A stretch of 64,000 nt of DNA from Bispira polyomma (GCA_965649765.1 OZ287749.1:39928001-39992000); one strand, 5' to 3'; positions 48,471-62,849 are shown, numbered from the stretch's first letter. Notes: generated by a model not told the origin, from the letters alone. Translations and numbers: made by a program.

Positions 48471-51445
48471 GTTAAAACAGAAGTGTGTTTCTGAGATCTA
48501 AATATGTAAGACTTAGTGTCATCCCGTTACCTGTCTGTGAGACTTCTGTCAATTCTGCTTTATCAACAATACAAAGGGTATGACTTGAGATGTTACTTGA
48601 GATGGCCTTATGTTATACTTTACAATGTGGTACACCACCCAGTCCTGTGTAATGTCAAACTCTGGTATTGCTTAGGGTCTCACTTACTGACTGTATACCT
48701 CTAGCTGTTGACTTGGTATTATAAAGGCAGGATTCTGGGCATTCACCTAGTATTTACAGTGTTGATATATCTTAACAATTTATCTTCTTATAAAGTCTTA
48801 CAGACATGTACAAGTAATTTCTATAAAATGTAACTATAAGGGCAATCGCTAAGGCGCCACATACTTCTACTATGTACCACAGTCTCCAAAGGTAACCCGA
48901 GTGTGACCTCTAAGGTAAAGTTGCCTGACATAGAGGTCAATCAAGTGTGAAGGTTATATAGAGTTTGATTTGATTAGTGATGATGGAAACTTTGATGCTG
49001 TTTGGGATATTTTATTTACACTTTCTAATTTACAACTGTACAGAAATTTTAATATGATCTTAAAATTTTAAAATGCCACTATGGCAATAATATGACATAA
49101 AAGTCAATAAAAACATAAAATAACACCGTGTATAATAACGACAATAGTCATAACAGTGGTGTAAACGAGAGGAGATAAACATTCCTCTGTACATGTAATT
49201 GTATATAACTGTATTTGATTCTATTAACAAATATTTTTGCATTTTTTGGCAACGTTCAGTTCTAATTTAAAGAGTATTACAACTGTGTAATTATGGAGGA
49301 GGGTGGTGAAATTTTTAACTTCTTACCTCTCTGGGTTTCAATGTAATAATGATAAATAAGGAAAAGAGCGGGAGGAAGTTTGTCCCTGTAAGTCACTTAT
49401 TGGTTGGCCTCAGTAAACCTGACAACAATTACCGTAAAGTGGTGTACTTTAGCGACTGATAGGTCATGCATTTTGTTTGCATTGACTCTCACAGTGCCCG
49501 AAAAAGCCTGTTTCTCCCATTTTGGCTATGTTCAGATGGAGGATGTGTGCCCTCCACTAAATTTCATCTGGTTTACCTTGGTCCATGCCCTATACTTCCA
49601 CCCAGTTTTCTGTAAAGCTTAAAACTCACCAGATTTGCTTATGCTTATATGAAGGCTTATAATCAATAAATGGTTTTAAAGTAATGTACAGTATATCACA
49701 ATGAGCATCAATGAAAGGACAAATACCCACATGCATGTAATGCATGCATCTGGTAGGTGTTTAGCAAACAGTCTGGAGCGAAAACCAAAACCTCCTGCAG
49801 AAGTAATAAATGAATAACTCTGAATAGGACTATCTTTAAGAAGGCATGTCTTACTATTTAGTAGCCCATAGAAAGTGCATTAAGACATCTGGTGCCCTGT
49901 GTACATATACTTTGGATGTATTCAGATCTAACGGCATTGCCATTGAATTGTTTTATTGGTAAAATGGAGAATTAAAAGCTATCATGCCTATTCTTCAATG
50001 CAATTTACATTGGTCCAGAAAGCTACAGAAACTCCACAAGATATATATGATATAAAAGCTGCATCCTCTGATTGAACAAATGTAGATTTGTATAAATGAC
50101 ATGGCTAGCTTTTTTGGGACTTTTTGATTTGTAAATTGATTCTGATGTTATGGTTTAGAAGATGCCTCGCAACAATAAAGTAAAACTCAAAAATACAAAG
50201 CCATACAATACAATATGAGGGCTAGGCTGGATCTCTAAACTTCAGCACTTATTATCACCAGTGACAAGGAATAAATCTCAATTATAGTTTTGAGCACATG
50301 ACTTCATACAAGATTATATCTCTGCAAATCAAGAAACAAAAAACAAAAGAAAAAATAGTAAAACAAACAAAGATGGACATTGTTATTTGCAGTTTAATCT
50401 GTTTTGTAAGTCAAACAAACTAATTATCGTGACAAAAAAAGGAAAAAATATGCATTAAGTCCCCTTGAGCAGGAGTGAAGTTTGAACGCTTGTTACATTT
50501 ATTATTTGTTTTACAGGTTAATTACTTCATTTGACAGAAATCAGTAAATGTATGTAGATTTGTAAGCTATTAAACATCACAATCGAGCCAATTGGCATAC
50601 TTTACTGATACTATTCGGGGCAAAATACTAACAATTGCTCTTGACTGCATTATCAGGGTCTCCTCCCAATAGATCTTTATAGTGTGGCAGCGGCTTTACA
50701 TTACGTGCCAGAGATGATACACGTCCCCCAATCTACTAGTTTAATTTTCCAATTTAACACATCTCAAACTTTGGCATCATGTTCTAGACCCTCATTTATG
50801 TTTACTAGGAAAATTTAAATAAGGGCTGTAAATGTATTTCTACTGGGGTAAAACTAGCCCGGTAGTAAAGTAATAACAGTCACTTAGCAGTAGGAGAAGC
50901 AACAAAAGTGGAGTCCTGGTCTGGAGTTTGACATTTGGCCAGTGTCTTTAATAACACTAAGCTCTTTACTGTGATTGGTTGATGCCAAGAGTAGACAGGG
51001 AGCCACTTCAACTAATTCTTAAATGTCTCACACAAGCAAAGACAGGAGTAAGGCAGTAACATACCCAAAACATTTAATACTTCAATTATTTATGGTAATG
51101 GGTATACCAATTATTCACAATATCAGTTTCTGTTAATTTTTTATACACATAATTTTAATGATAAATATGCTACATATGTGATTTCATGAACTTTTATACA
51201 ATTTCACTAATAAGGTCCAGTGAACCAAACTGTATTCTTTTTAGCATGACCAAAATTGCCACAATTGATCCAAAGGATTAAATTGAATAACTAATGAAAA
51301 ATAGTGATATTACTAACAAGAGTTGTTTTAAAAAGACACATTGTGGAATACACTAAGGTGATATGACCACTATCTTGTCAGGCACAATTGCTTCCCATCA
51401 ATCCCTTAAGCCCTTACATGGCGGCGCCCTTCTTATAATGAAAAC

Positions 51446-51694
51446 GGGTTGCGGTGGCCTAGTGGTTAGCAAACATTGCGCTTCACAATCACTGGTCTCT
51501 CACCTCTGGGCGGCGTGAGTTCGAATCCCGTCCATGCCTATGTAGGAAAGGTGGTAGTACCTTACTGTGGGCTGCTGGTTTCTCTGCAGAACCTTGACCG
51601 ACTGTATGCAGTGTTTCCTCCAGCGTTTCCAAGTACCCGTACCAATATAACCTACTAAAAGGTACTAAAGTGGACGTTAAATATCCAAATTCAA
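51446..51694 (+). mobile_element. SINE family A, copy 3
   Basis: Same sequence family; 14-bp TSD CTTATAATGAAAAC (51432-51445, 51695-51708). Confidence 0.92.
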
Positions 51695-54600
51695 CTTATA
51701 ATGAAAACAATATAAATTGTCAATGAACTGGCCTAAGAGTCAGCCTTTATTTCCTTGGTTGCCTAGATAAGTGAGAACAGCCTTAGCTCTGTAAAACTTG
51801 CTTCTTAACTACACATACATTTTAAGGAGTCTGACACATAGCCAGGATGAATCCCTGACCGTGAACTTTTCCCCTTCTGTCCAATACCTCACCAATATCC
51901 AGTCAGCCAGAAATATATTTACGTCTCAGTGCTCCAGAGATAATGTGATAGAGACATGTGGAAGTCTTAATTGTAAATTGGAACTGAAAACTAAATGGCT
52001 TTTTGATGTATCTTTTTTACACCAGTGTTGCAGCAATGATTATTTCTTATTACAATATAAGCAACAATATGTTTCAAACTGAATAAAATCTGTACTGTAT
52101 AAATGTTTTATCATAAGTTTCACTGGTCCTAGTAGAAATGATTTTTTTTAGCTCTGGAACTAAACATAATAATCAACTTTTCCACTATAAGTAGGGTTTT
52201 CACTATTAAATACCATAATTATAACCATTATCAATCACTAAAACATGTGCTCTAAATGGTATTTTACCCAAATAAACACTTTAGGCAAAAAATTAATACA
52301 GCGTGTACTTTGATGTGATAGATTGTCTTCGTATTGTGTAATAAATCAGTAAATCATAGTGTCTTGTACAAAGAATGCAGTAATGTACGTAGTGATGTAA
52401 TCAGATTGTCTCCCTGTTGTATGACAAACCAATGTGTCTTATATAGAGTATGCAGTAAGTTGTCTTACTACATGCCTCTTTCTCTAAAAAACAAACAAAC
52501 AAAACAACTAGCCACTGATTACCAGTTTTTTGACTGTCCAAGTACAATCAACCAGCACCAGTAACTGCCATTCCCCAAACTGACGAGAGGGTCTAGAGAA
52601 TTCCATTGTCACTGGGGGTAGGAGCCAATAACAGATGGCTGTCATCTAAAGTGGTCATCTGCGCCCATAGATTTCTTCCTGTACCTGGTCGTCCTAGCAT
52701 CAGATTCAGGTCATCTGATTTTCTCTAAGCGAGTCAGTTACTCTGTAGACCACAGTGGCACATAAGTTATAAATACTGACTATCATCACTATATGCACAC
52801 ATCATGTTGAAGTTATTACTGTCAATATAAAGGAAATGCCCAGTATCAACTTTAAAACAATGGAATAATTATAACTAAAGTTGCATGTATATTTGGTTAA
52901 CATGATTTCATCATGTATTCGATCTGTGTTTCCTTCTTAACAAGTTAAAGGCAGTATGGTAGTAATTATTCCAGTTATCTAGCACAGAGGAAAAGTTAAT
53001 ATTAAGGGAAATAAGTTATGATGACAACCTATCCAAAACAACAATTTACCTTTGTACAGCAAGCTTAAACAACCAATAAAGTGATGGTCGGGAACAAAGA
53101 CGTTTTATAATTCAACTCTAGAAGTCTTTAGAACTAGATTGAGGTGGATTTATTAGGAACACATAAATACACTAACCAACAGTCTTCTGGTCAAAGAATT
53201 ATGACTATTGTAATCACTACTAACAAAGAGAGAAAATCACAACGCTTCTTTCTTACTCATTTTTGTTTATTGAGGTGACTCCTATTTCGCCAGAGGGCCA
53301 CATAACACTTCTTCATAGACCATATTTTGCCATTAGCTTTTGAAAATGAAAATGAAGTTGGCCATATCTTACTAAAAAGTGCCAAACACTACCAATACAC
53401 CATGTTTCTCCAAACATTTATTCTTACAGTTGCATTTTTTTTTTTTACCATAAAAAATTTAAACAAAATTACTGGAAAATTACCTGGAGACGGAGAAAAA
53501 GTACATTAAGTTTGTGAAATACAGTTATCGGAGCAAGTAAGAACCCTCACAAGAGCCCTAGGTCTGGCCTAAGTGGGACCCTCTTAAACTATAAGGTTAG
53601 CAATTGTCCTCTTCAGACAAAACAATGTATTCTCAGAATACGTGATAAAATCCACACTATCAGAATATAAGAGACTTTCCAATCTGCTTCAGGTCTTTCA
53701 AGGTCACTTACTTCTGGCTTTAGAGAAACAGGAAATGTATTGCTTTGTATAAACTGAACCACTTTTAGGGGTAAATGTAAATGTGTGTAGGTTTATAGTC
53801 TGATATATCACCTCTATTGAGGTCTCAGCCGACTTTACAGTTTACACCCCCAGCATAGGTTCTTCAACTTGTCAACCATTGTTCAGTCTCAGCTCCCTTA
53901 GGAAGATTACTAGCCATGCTGCAAAATACAGCGCACAAAGACTAACACCCATTAGCGGCCAGGTACACATTTATACACCTCGGTAGACAGAAACAACTTT
54001 TTGTAAAGTACCTTGTCTAAGGGTACAATCTCCAGGCCTGCAGCGAAGATCGAACAATAATGATAGTTGTAGGCATAATGTTTAAAGCCGGATAAATGAT
54101 AGAAGTCTTAAAATTTTACAAATATGGAATTTTTGTGTTGCATAAAATTGTGATTTTTTTTACCACACTATTTATTAAAATTGGATCATATTGTAGAGAT
54201 CACTTTACAGGCAGTTGGTTTCATGATAGATTTTTAGGTGGTGATTTGGTACAATATGAGCTGTAACGTCCAAGGTTTAGTACACGCCAAACCCTAGTTT
54301 AGGTATTTGGTGGGTTACTTCCGCCCAGACCAATACAGCGTGCGTATATCACAGTATATTGTAAATACCAAGCAATAGAATAGACAGTGTTAGTTAATCT
54401 GTGTGTTACTTCATTAATACTTAAGACATTACATTAGCTAATTTTATACTTTGTTATAGTTCAAGAGTATTACTCAGCAAAACTCAGCCTCTTACTTTTT
54501 GCCTATATCTAGATACTATATATATGCGGTTGTGCTTTTTAATTAACATTTTAGTCTAGGCTTCCATCTCACCGATCCCGACGCCGGCCGATTTTAAACA

Positions 54601-55644
54601 TGAGTTTTTTTTTGTCAGATATAAATACATTTTTGTGTTATATTTCATTGCAATGGCGTTTAAAAAATACATATTACACAAAAACAGCAACCCAAATTGT
54701 CCATATTTGCCATATTTTTTTCTGCATCACCGAAAAGAAATCTGAATTTTCTCCCGACATTTGACACATAAAAGTGCCTTCACTGTGAGTAGTAGGCCAA
54801 AAAAGGGACATCTATCTGATACACCCAAGCGTAGGCTAACTGGAATATACTTTTTCATTATCTAATACAAAATACTGTTTACTTTATGCTTAGTTTTGTC
54901 AATGTATTAGTTAGCTTACCGGTCGTTATTAGGCAGAACTTCATGTGTGCTAAGAAAATGTACATTTATTGTAATTACTATGCCATTTATTCCATTACAC
55001 TATAATTTGAATAAGATGTATGTTTTATTTTTACATCATTCAGCTAGTGACTGTTTTTTTCAGCAATACATTATCCATCAATTCACTTCATTGATTATTT
55101 ATAAAACTCATTTCAAGTCACGTCTGACAATCTGTTGCCTCCCAAAGCAGTCACAAACTTTTATGTGAGAAAGTAATATCTTAGGGTGTTTGAGTCAGCA
55201 ATGCTGTACTCACAGTATACTGTTTCAGGGGAAAGGAAGCTTACCTACTTTTAGCTAATGATAGTGAAGACAAATTTCCAGTGAAAATTTTAGCTTAACT
55301 AAAAATAATTAAAATCAACATAACACAAATGGTCAATTAGTGCAATTTTCTTCCACATAAAATGTCCACTTATGCAGGTTATCTGTTCTGTCATTATGTC
55401 GTCAACAGTCTCTGACCTTGATTGACCTTTGGACTTTAAGAGTAAAAATAGCAAAGCTAGTTCTTGCGGGTAAATAATTTTATTAACATCTCACACATTG
55501 ACGGTTATATTGAGATTATTTCTATTTCCCTACAAGACATGCACATTCAGTAATCTAATATTTGTGGCTACAGTGCTGACAATATATATCTGTGTTCCCT
55601 TTGTCCTGTATTGTTTTGCAAGTAACCAGGAACATTTGCTTTCT

Positions 55645-56025
55645 TGATTAAACTTACCTTCAGAAGTTCCACTACACGAGACCCACTGTCCTATATGGTA
55701 ACCTCTGAAGCAGTGACTTGACACAAACCAATGCTAGTAATCCACTTTAAATATCTAGTATCACTCTGATTAAACTTACCTTCAGAAGTTCAACTACAAA
55801 ACACTCACTGCCATATGGTAACCTAAGTCACCTCTAGCAGTGACTTAACACAAACCAATGCTTGTAATCCACTTCAAATATCTAGTGACACTCTAATTAA
55901 ACTCACCTTCAGAAATTCCACAGCAGGACACTCACTGCCATATTGTAACGTATGTCATCTCTAGCAGTGACTTGACACAATCTAACATGCTTGTAATCCG
56001 CTTCAAATATCTAGTTACACTCTAT
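55645..56025. repeat. About 122-126-bp tandem repeat (3 units), each carrying a minus-strand GAAG|GTRAGT donor motif
   Basis: ATTAAACTYACCTTCAGAA at about 55647, 55769 and 55896. Confidence 0.88.
55907..56025 (-). other. Candidate non-coding (5'UTR) exon, possibly of the receptor gene
   Basis: Strong acceptor TTCTCTACTTTTTTATTATTGTAG and strong donor GAAG|GTGAGT. Stops in all three frames. Exon 1 has its own acceptor, so an upstream UTR exon is expected. The link to the receptor gene is inferred. Confidence 0.4.
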
Positions 56026-59000
56026 CTACAATAATAAAAAAGTAGAGAATTGTATCACTGTATAAAGAGCATGTCATTTGTGCGCAGATCAAGAGTTGTC
56101 TTTTAAAAAAAGACAAAGGTGCACATTGTGAGAGATATTAATCTGACACCCCTCAGTTTGGCCAGGTTGATTGTTTCCAACCAATCCATAGAGGCTTGGC
56201 ATATTATTTCCAACATGGCGGCAATATCTGTTAGTGCCTGAAGAGATTAAGCTGACATCCCTTAGAAGGCCTTACATTATTATTTTCAACAAGCTCTTTT
56301 AGATTAAAAGCAATATTAGGTGGGGTCAATACCCCATATACGCGGGGATTTTTTAAAAATTTTTTTTTTTTGGGGGGGGGGGGGGGGGTAAAGGGCGATC
56401 TATATGTGGCCTTAAATCATTATATGCTCAAAAATATGGCTGAAAATTTTAACCCTTCAAAATAAATTAGTGGTATTTTTTTTCAAGCGAGAAGCCTGTT
56501 TAAGATAAATGCATTGTGGGTCAGTCCTATTTCTTTACAAAACCTCCTAAAATTGGTTCAGATTTTGAATGTACAGGGCATGCTTGTTGGTTTAAGGATG
56601 ATAGCTTTATTTGATGGAACTGAATTCAAATAACAGTGAAAACGTCTTCTCTCACAAGATAATAAACTGAACCTTTTGAAATTTCCCTTTTCTGACAAAA
56701 AAACCGGTGCAATAAAATACTATGTACAAAGTCTATTTAATAAGAATATCTTTCTTTCTCGTTCCTTCATTGTTATAATAGTAGATTCTTGAGGGTAACC
56801 ATAAACTGGAGAGTCAACACGTACGTGGTTACTTTTCACGTTAGTATAGTTATTCTGGGTATTTACTATAGAAACCAAAGAAGCAGCTAGTTTATTTGTA
56901 TTTGACATTTGTATATCTTCTAAGCTGTATTTAGGTTCTTTCCTAATTATCTTCTTTTTTGAGTCAGTAAAGGTGTTACTTCACACATTTACTATGCTCC
57001 CAATACTTCCACATTATGTATATCTGTTGTGTAAAGACAAATGATTGATTTAAAGAGACATTTTCTGAGCCATAGTTAAAGTTAACAATGCAATAAATTT
57101 CATTAATTAATTATTTTGGTTAGTGATTTAATAGCTGGTCTTTCAGGGACACAGTGTGTACTCACACTTACTGTTATGTGTGGGGGATTCCACTCCTCAG
57201 TAAATCACTAATTCTTCCCACCACTGACTGATAAAGTCTTCTTATGTCAACCCACAATGTCACATATCATTCCCATTGGCTTTAGCAAAAACGTCCCATC
57301 ATTTCAGTCTAAATGTAAGATGCGGGGATAAAACTCAAGGTCAGCTACCTTATGTGGCGACTATTGTCTCTTATGAAATCCACATCTAAGAGAAACTGAG
57401 AATGAGTTCTTGTATCTGTAATTTTACCATAACGTTTAGCAAATCAGAATAGCTGACACAGCAGTATCATGTTAGAATACCAAACAAGCGTTTGCGTAGT
57501 CCAGTAACACATGTACTTCCATTAACTTCCATCTGGGAGGTCTTTAAAAAAATCGGTCAATGCATGATGTTTGAGATATACTTGATCCACACTAGTATGC
57601 AAACTGTATACAACATGGGAACACTCCAAAGACGAACTTTGAGCCAGGAGCCATAGTTCTAACGAACTGCATGGTGATCAGTACTGGTATGTCGTGTTGG
57701 TGTTAGTATGCAAGTGAATCTATTTTAATCCCTTTCGTTCACACAATATGTGCTTTGTTGTCCATTAATGATTAAAGAAGCATGATACTACTAAACAAGT
57801 ATATAAAAATCTCGAAGTTTTGAAATATTTGCTGAAAGTTTTTGTGCATTATTACTATTTGATTTATTGCAAACTATACTTTGTTACATGTACTCTCACA
57901 TCATCATACAGGTGCGGGATGTCATCAAAATCACATGATTTATGTGGTAGTTTACACAATTCTGTTGGAATTATTAAAATAGTTCAATCTAACTGTATTG
58001 GGAGGTCACATGAAACATTCAAAGCAGTAGCTGAGTAGCAACAGAGTGAAGCCATGAAATCCATTCCACAGGTGTGACTAGATTACAGCAGGTTTCTGGT
58101 TTTTAGGTTCAGTCAGTTTCAGTCACAATGTCTGACAATTAATCTGGCCAATGCATTCAGAAAAGCCACTCATTTGATGACTGTGACAATCAAGTTTCTG
58201 CCTTATAATAGCAATACATCTTAGAGGGTTTAACAGCCCAGGAAGTCTTTGTGTAGAGGTAAATGAATGTCACTTAAGATGTATATTGTAACCTAGTATG
58301 AGAACATTGAGAAATGAAAGGCTGGCTGTCTGGACGGATACTTATATCTAATGGCTGTAATACCATAGAGGGAAAATAAGACCATTGTACATATATGTAT
58401 AGAGTCGATGATCCCACATGATAAAGAATATTGCTGTCGAGTGTTAATTCTCTGTGACCAGATTCAGTAAACTTAACTGATCAGTAATGTTAAGATAAAG
58501 CTTTTAGAGTTCTACAATTGATGTCATGGAATCCTCTGTGCCATACATCTTAATCAAGATCAAACAAAGAGTAGTTCTAGAGACCGAAACGGTTCATGCT
58601 GAAAGAATCCAGTCACATTCGGCAGAATGATTAATACAGATATGTTTTAAGTTTTGCCATCCTTGTTTATGCACAGATACTGGTAGGGAGATTATTTGTG
58701 ATGTGACTTTATATCATCTAGAGCCTGCTAATTTTTGGTATAATTCAGAGGTGAAGAGACAATATCCTTTGGTGAGACTGTTGCGGGATAACATGGATCA
58801 TAACAAAGAATGACAAATTTGAAGCATCTGCACTGAAGCGGTACCACTTACGTTTATTTATGTTTACGTTTTTCAAAATGGTGGAAAGAAAGTAAATTGA
58901 AATTGAAGAAATTTTTACACATACTATTAGATAACCAAGCATTAACAGACAGTTTATGACAGTTCACACTAGTTTTGCAAAACCTGTGGGCAAAGCCGCT

Positions 59001-60739
59001 AAACCCCTTCTTAAACTTTTGAAGTGGAATTAGCGACATCATGTTAGTACTGGCCAAGTGCATTCTAGCTGACAAATTCTGCAAAGAAGATACAAAGAAA
59101 TAGCATTGTATGTACACATTGCTCAAATGAATCAGTTTAGCTCACACTAATAACATTTTTACCCTATATTTGAACTATTAACTTTACCCTATTGACCCGG
59201 GCCTACCCAGATCCAGGGTACATTCTAATGTTACTAACCAAGGTCTACCCGGACAGGAATGAAAGTTTTATTTTGAGCAGGATTAACCATTGTAAGTTAA
59301 GTTACAAATATAAGCATGGCACGGAGACGAGAGAACACAAAAGAGACACAGGATTTCCATCTATTCTGGAACTGAGATTCTTGTCACTCTCGACAATTGC
59401 TAAGGGCAACATACAACCCATGGATCTACACAAGGAATGTTTTAGTATGTACTATTGACATCTATGTCTCTATTCTGACTGACAACACAAAGGATGTGTT
59501 CTAAAGTTTAAGAACGAATTAGTTTTTTGGTTCATACAATGCAGTATAAAAACTTAAATTGGAAACTGATGAATTTTCCAGCACCATACAGAGACTATTA
59601 TTATTATTATTATGAATTTTTAACGAGCTTTATTGATGCTAGGCATCTTCTAAAGTGCAAGTACTAGAATGACATGTAGAGTAGGGTAGCTTTAATACCC
59701 CGGTGTCTGGGAAAACAATTTGCATTGTATTACAAGACATGATAAACAATAGTAACGGTAACAATAGTATTGAAATATCTATTTGATGGCAAAATATCAC
59801 AAATAATTGTTAAATGTAAAGATTGACAAAGTAAACCAATAATGAAATTGATAGTGATGTGACTTAGAAAGACAGTAAAAGAGTTGTTTGATATAATTAT
59901 TTAGTTTCTGTACAAGTCAAAGTTTAGACATTAATACCTCCTGAGATATGACAAGATTTTAAAGTTCAATAAATAGTTTTAGCAGTAGTTATAGTCAAAG
60001 AGGTCACATAATGGTAAATGTTTCCATCTTTCAGAATGTTGAGAAACAGTGTTACTATTATGCATAAATGTGGATGCGTCAGCTATTTTATGGTTTGGTT
60101 ATGTTTTGTCCATGTCTTTCTATTCATATGTTTGTCACCAGGATTACAGATATGCTACTGGGGCATGACACAAGGAAAAGGCCACTAAATCTTGGAGCCA
60201 ATCCGGGTGTTGTTTTATCACTATTTGGCACCGATGCACCTTGGCGTAGGTATATGCTCTAATAAGTGTCATTCTAGTTTTCACAAATGATGTGTTATAT
60301 TTTGCCAAGATAGACCCTACCAATTAATATATGGCGCTCTCTTGGACCCCAAATCTACCCTGTAACAAATGACAATGTTCTTAAGAAGTGACAGGATCAT
60401 CTGTCATGCAGAGACGCTGTAAACATCAAATCACTGTCCACCAACTTATATTTTTTCATAAGTTGTGTGAAAAAAATATACTAATTGCAGCCTCTTTCTG
60501 CACATAAAAAATTCATAAAAATAAAATAAACATCAATAATGAAACGCAACTTGGATATTAAACATTTTAAATATGGAAAATACCTTAAGATTTTGCTAAA
60601 GTAGGTAAAATATTGTGACTGTACAACTTTTTAGATCCAATTCTCCGTTTTCTTCCATAGGTGGCATTTTTACATCTTCTTTCACCACACTTAATACCTA
60701 TTATACATTAAAAGTGCTCAAAACCGCAAATATTGTTGT

Positions 60740-61632
60740 ATTATGAACTACTCTAAACTAAAATTTAACCCGCACAAAAGAGAATTCATCCTCATAGGAA
60801 ACAAGAAAAACAGTGAACTCCTAAAATCTTTGTTTCCCATCTCCATGCTGGGAAAAGACATACTACCTTCTGAAAATGCCAAAAACCTGGGTGTCACTTT
60901 TGATTCAGCGTTTTTGTTCGACACTCATATTGCCAACATCTGTCGCTCCTGCCATTGCCATATACACGACATCAAAAGAATCAGAAACCATCTGTCCATG
61001 GACACAGCGATAACTGTGGCAAAATGCCTTTTGTGAGTAGCCGCCTCGACTACTGCAACTCTCTTTTGTACGGAGCAAACAAGTCACACATTAAAAAGCT
61101 CCAGTCCATCCAAAACTACCTATTTAAGGTCATTTTTCGCCTGGGTTGTCGCACAGACGTCACTCCTTACCTCAAAAAATTGCACTGGCTGCCCATTCAT
61201 TCTCGTATTTTGTTCAAGATTCACATTACTACTTTTAAGGCTGTAGTCACTCAACAGCCAACTACCTTGCCTCCCTTTTGTCCTTCAGTAACCTCAAGAG
61301 AGGCAATAGACTCTCTGTTTCTTTGGTAAGACCAGTCAGGAAGGCAGGATCCAGATCGTTCTTCACTGCAGCTCCACTGTTATGGAACAATCTCCCAGTC
61401 AACCTTAGATCAGTTGACACACTTATCGGTTTTAAGAAAAAGCTGAAAACCTATCTTTTTAATCTTGCCTACCCACCTTAGCTTCCCTCGTGCACACTCC
61501 CACTTCCCTCCTTACGACTTTGCAATGTCCATGGACTTAATGATTGGACCAATGATTCTGCTGTTGCGCTTTAGAAGATGCCTAGCACCAATAAAGCGCG
61601 TTAAAAATTCCTAATAACAATAGTAACAATAT
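60740..61632 (+). mobile_element. 3' fragment of a CR1/L2-like LINE
   Basis: LKFNP.K.EFILIG, KNLGVTFDS, SRLDYCNSLL, LHWLP, FKKKLKTYLFNLAYPP*; 3'UTR and an (AAT/AAC)n-like tail. Confidence 0.88.
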
Positions 61633-61809
61633 TATCCCAGTGACTAAGTGTCTCTGTGTAGAAACTAGAGTTCACTTGATGTGAAATGGTGTTCTAAATG
61701 TATTGGTAAATATTCAGGCTGAATATATCTTATTATCAGCTTTGCACATCACTTGGTAATTTAAAAGCACGGAGGAATCCAACCAAGAAGGAAGCATTAG
61801 GTGGGAGAC

Positions 61810-62265
61810 TCACCACCATTTTCTAAGAGATACTTTAAGTACGTATTGGGTGGGAAACCTGACAACATTCTCTGAGAGATACTTTAAGTACGTATTAGCT
61901 GGAAAACAGGAAAACATGACACCATTCTATGAGAGATACTTTAAGTACATATTAGCTGGAAAACATGACACCATTCTCTGAGAGATACTTTAAGTACATA
62001 TCCGGTGGGAAAACTGATATGGTTCTCTGACAGAGATAATTTAAGTAAACATTAGATGTTCTTGTGAAAAAATGTTTACCTGTAACTTTTCTTATATATA
62101 CAGTGTTTATGTTTTACTGTTTTTATATATAAATTGTTTAGCTTTTAATTTTTTATATATTAATTGTTTACCTTTTACTGTTCTTATATATAAATTGTTT
62201 ACCTTTCACTTTTCTTATATATTAATTGTTTACTTTTTACTGTTTTTATATATAAAGTGTTGCTG
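61810..62265. repeat. Two adjacent minisatellites (about 50-bp GAGAGATACTTTAAGTAC unit x5; about 31-bp AT-rich TATATAAATTGTTTAC unit x6)
   Basis: Direct inspection. Confidence 0.75.
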
Positions 62266-62849
62266 ATCTAATAAATAAATGAAGTGATACATGTTTACTT
62301 TTAAATGATGGACAGCCTTCATTGCTGTTAAATGATATATGTTACAGAATCCATGTAGTTAAATTAGTTAAAACAAAAGTCTGGACATAATAACTACTCC
62401 TTGTTTCCCAACCGAAGATAGTAACTGTGTTTAAAACAATGAGCTACCTTATATACGTAAGATTATGAGGGCCAACTTTTTTTTTAATTGTCGAGATAAT
62501 ATTTCATTAAATCGAGATAAATTAAAAGGAGTTTAAATCTGCAGTCAGATTTGATTTATCTTTACTCTGACCAGAGATTGAATCTTTAGTTGAACCTTGA
62601 GATGTCTTAAGTATATAACTACAGATTTACATGTTGCTGGATATAGTCTTTGAACATGAGTACAAATAAATACAACACAAATGTATACCCTAACTACCCC
62701 TAAGATCTTCAGTAAAACCAGTAGACCATTACAAATAATCCTTGCGCATTGCATTGGAGAACTGATGCATATTTGCATACACCAGAAATACAAAGCACCC
62801 TAGGTAGCAAGCAACCTAGCTAGCACCATAGCTAGAAGCCTAATCTCGG

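Noticed and set aside
46200-60700. Numerous 60-95 aa ORFs in the upstream region
   Set aside because: No recognisable domains or consistent exon chain; of the size expected by chance in AT-rich DNA.
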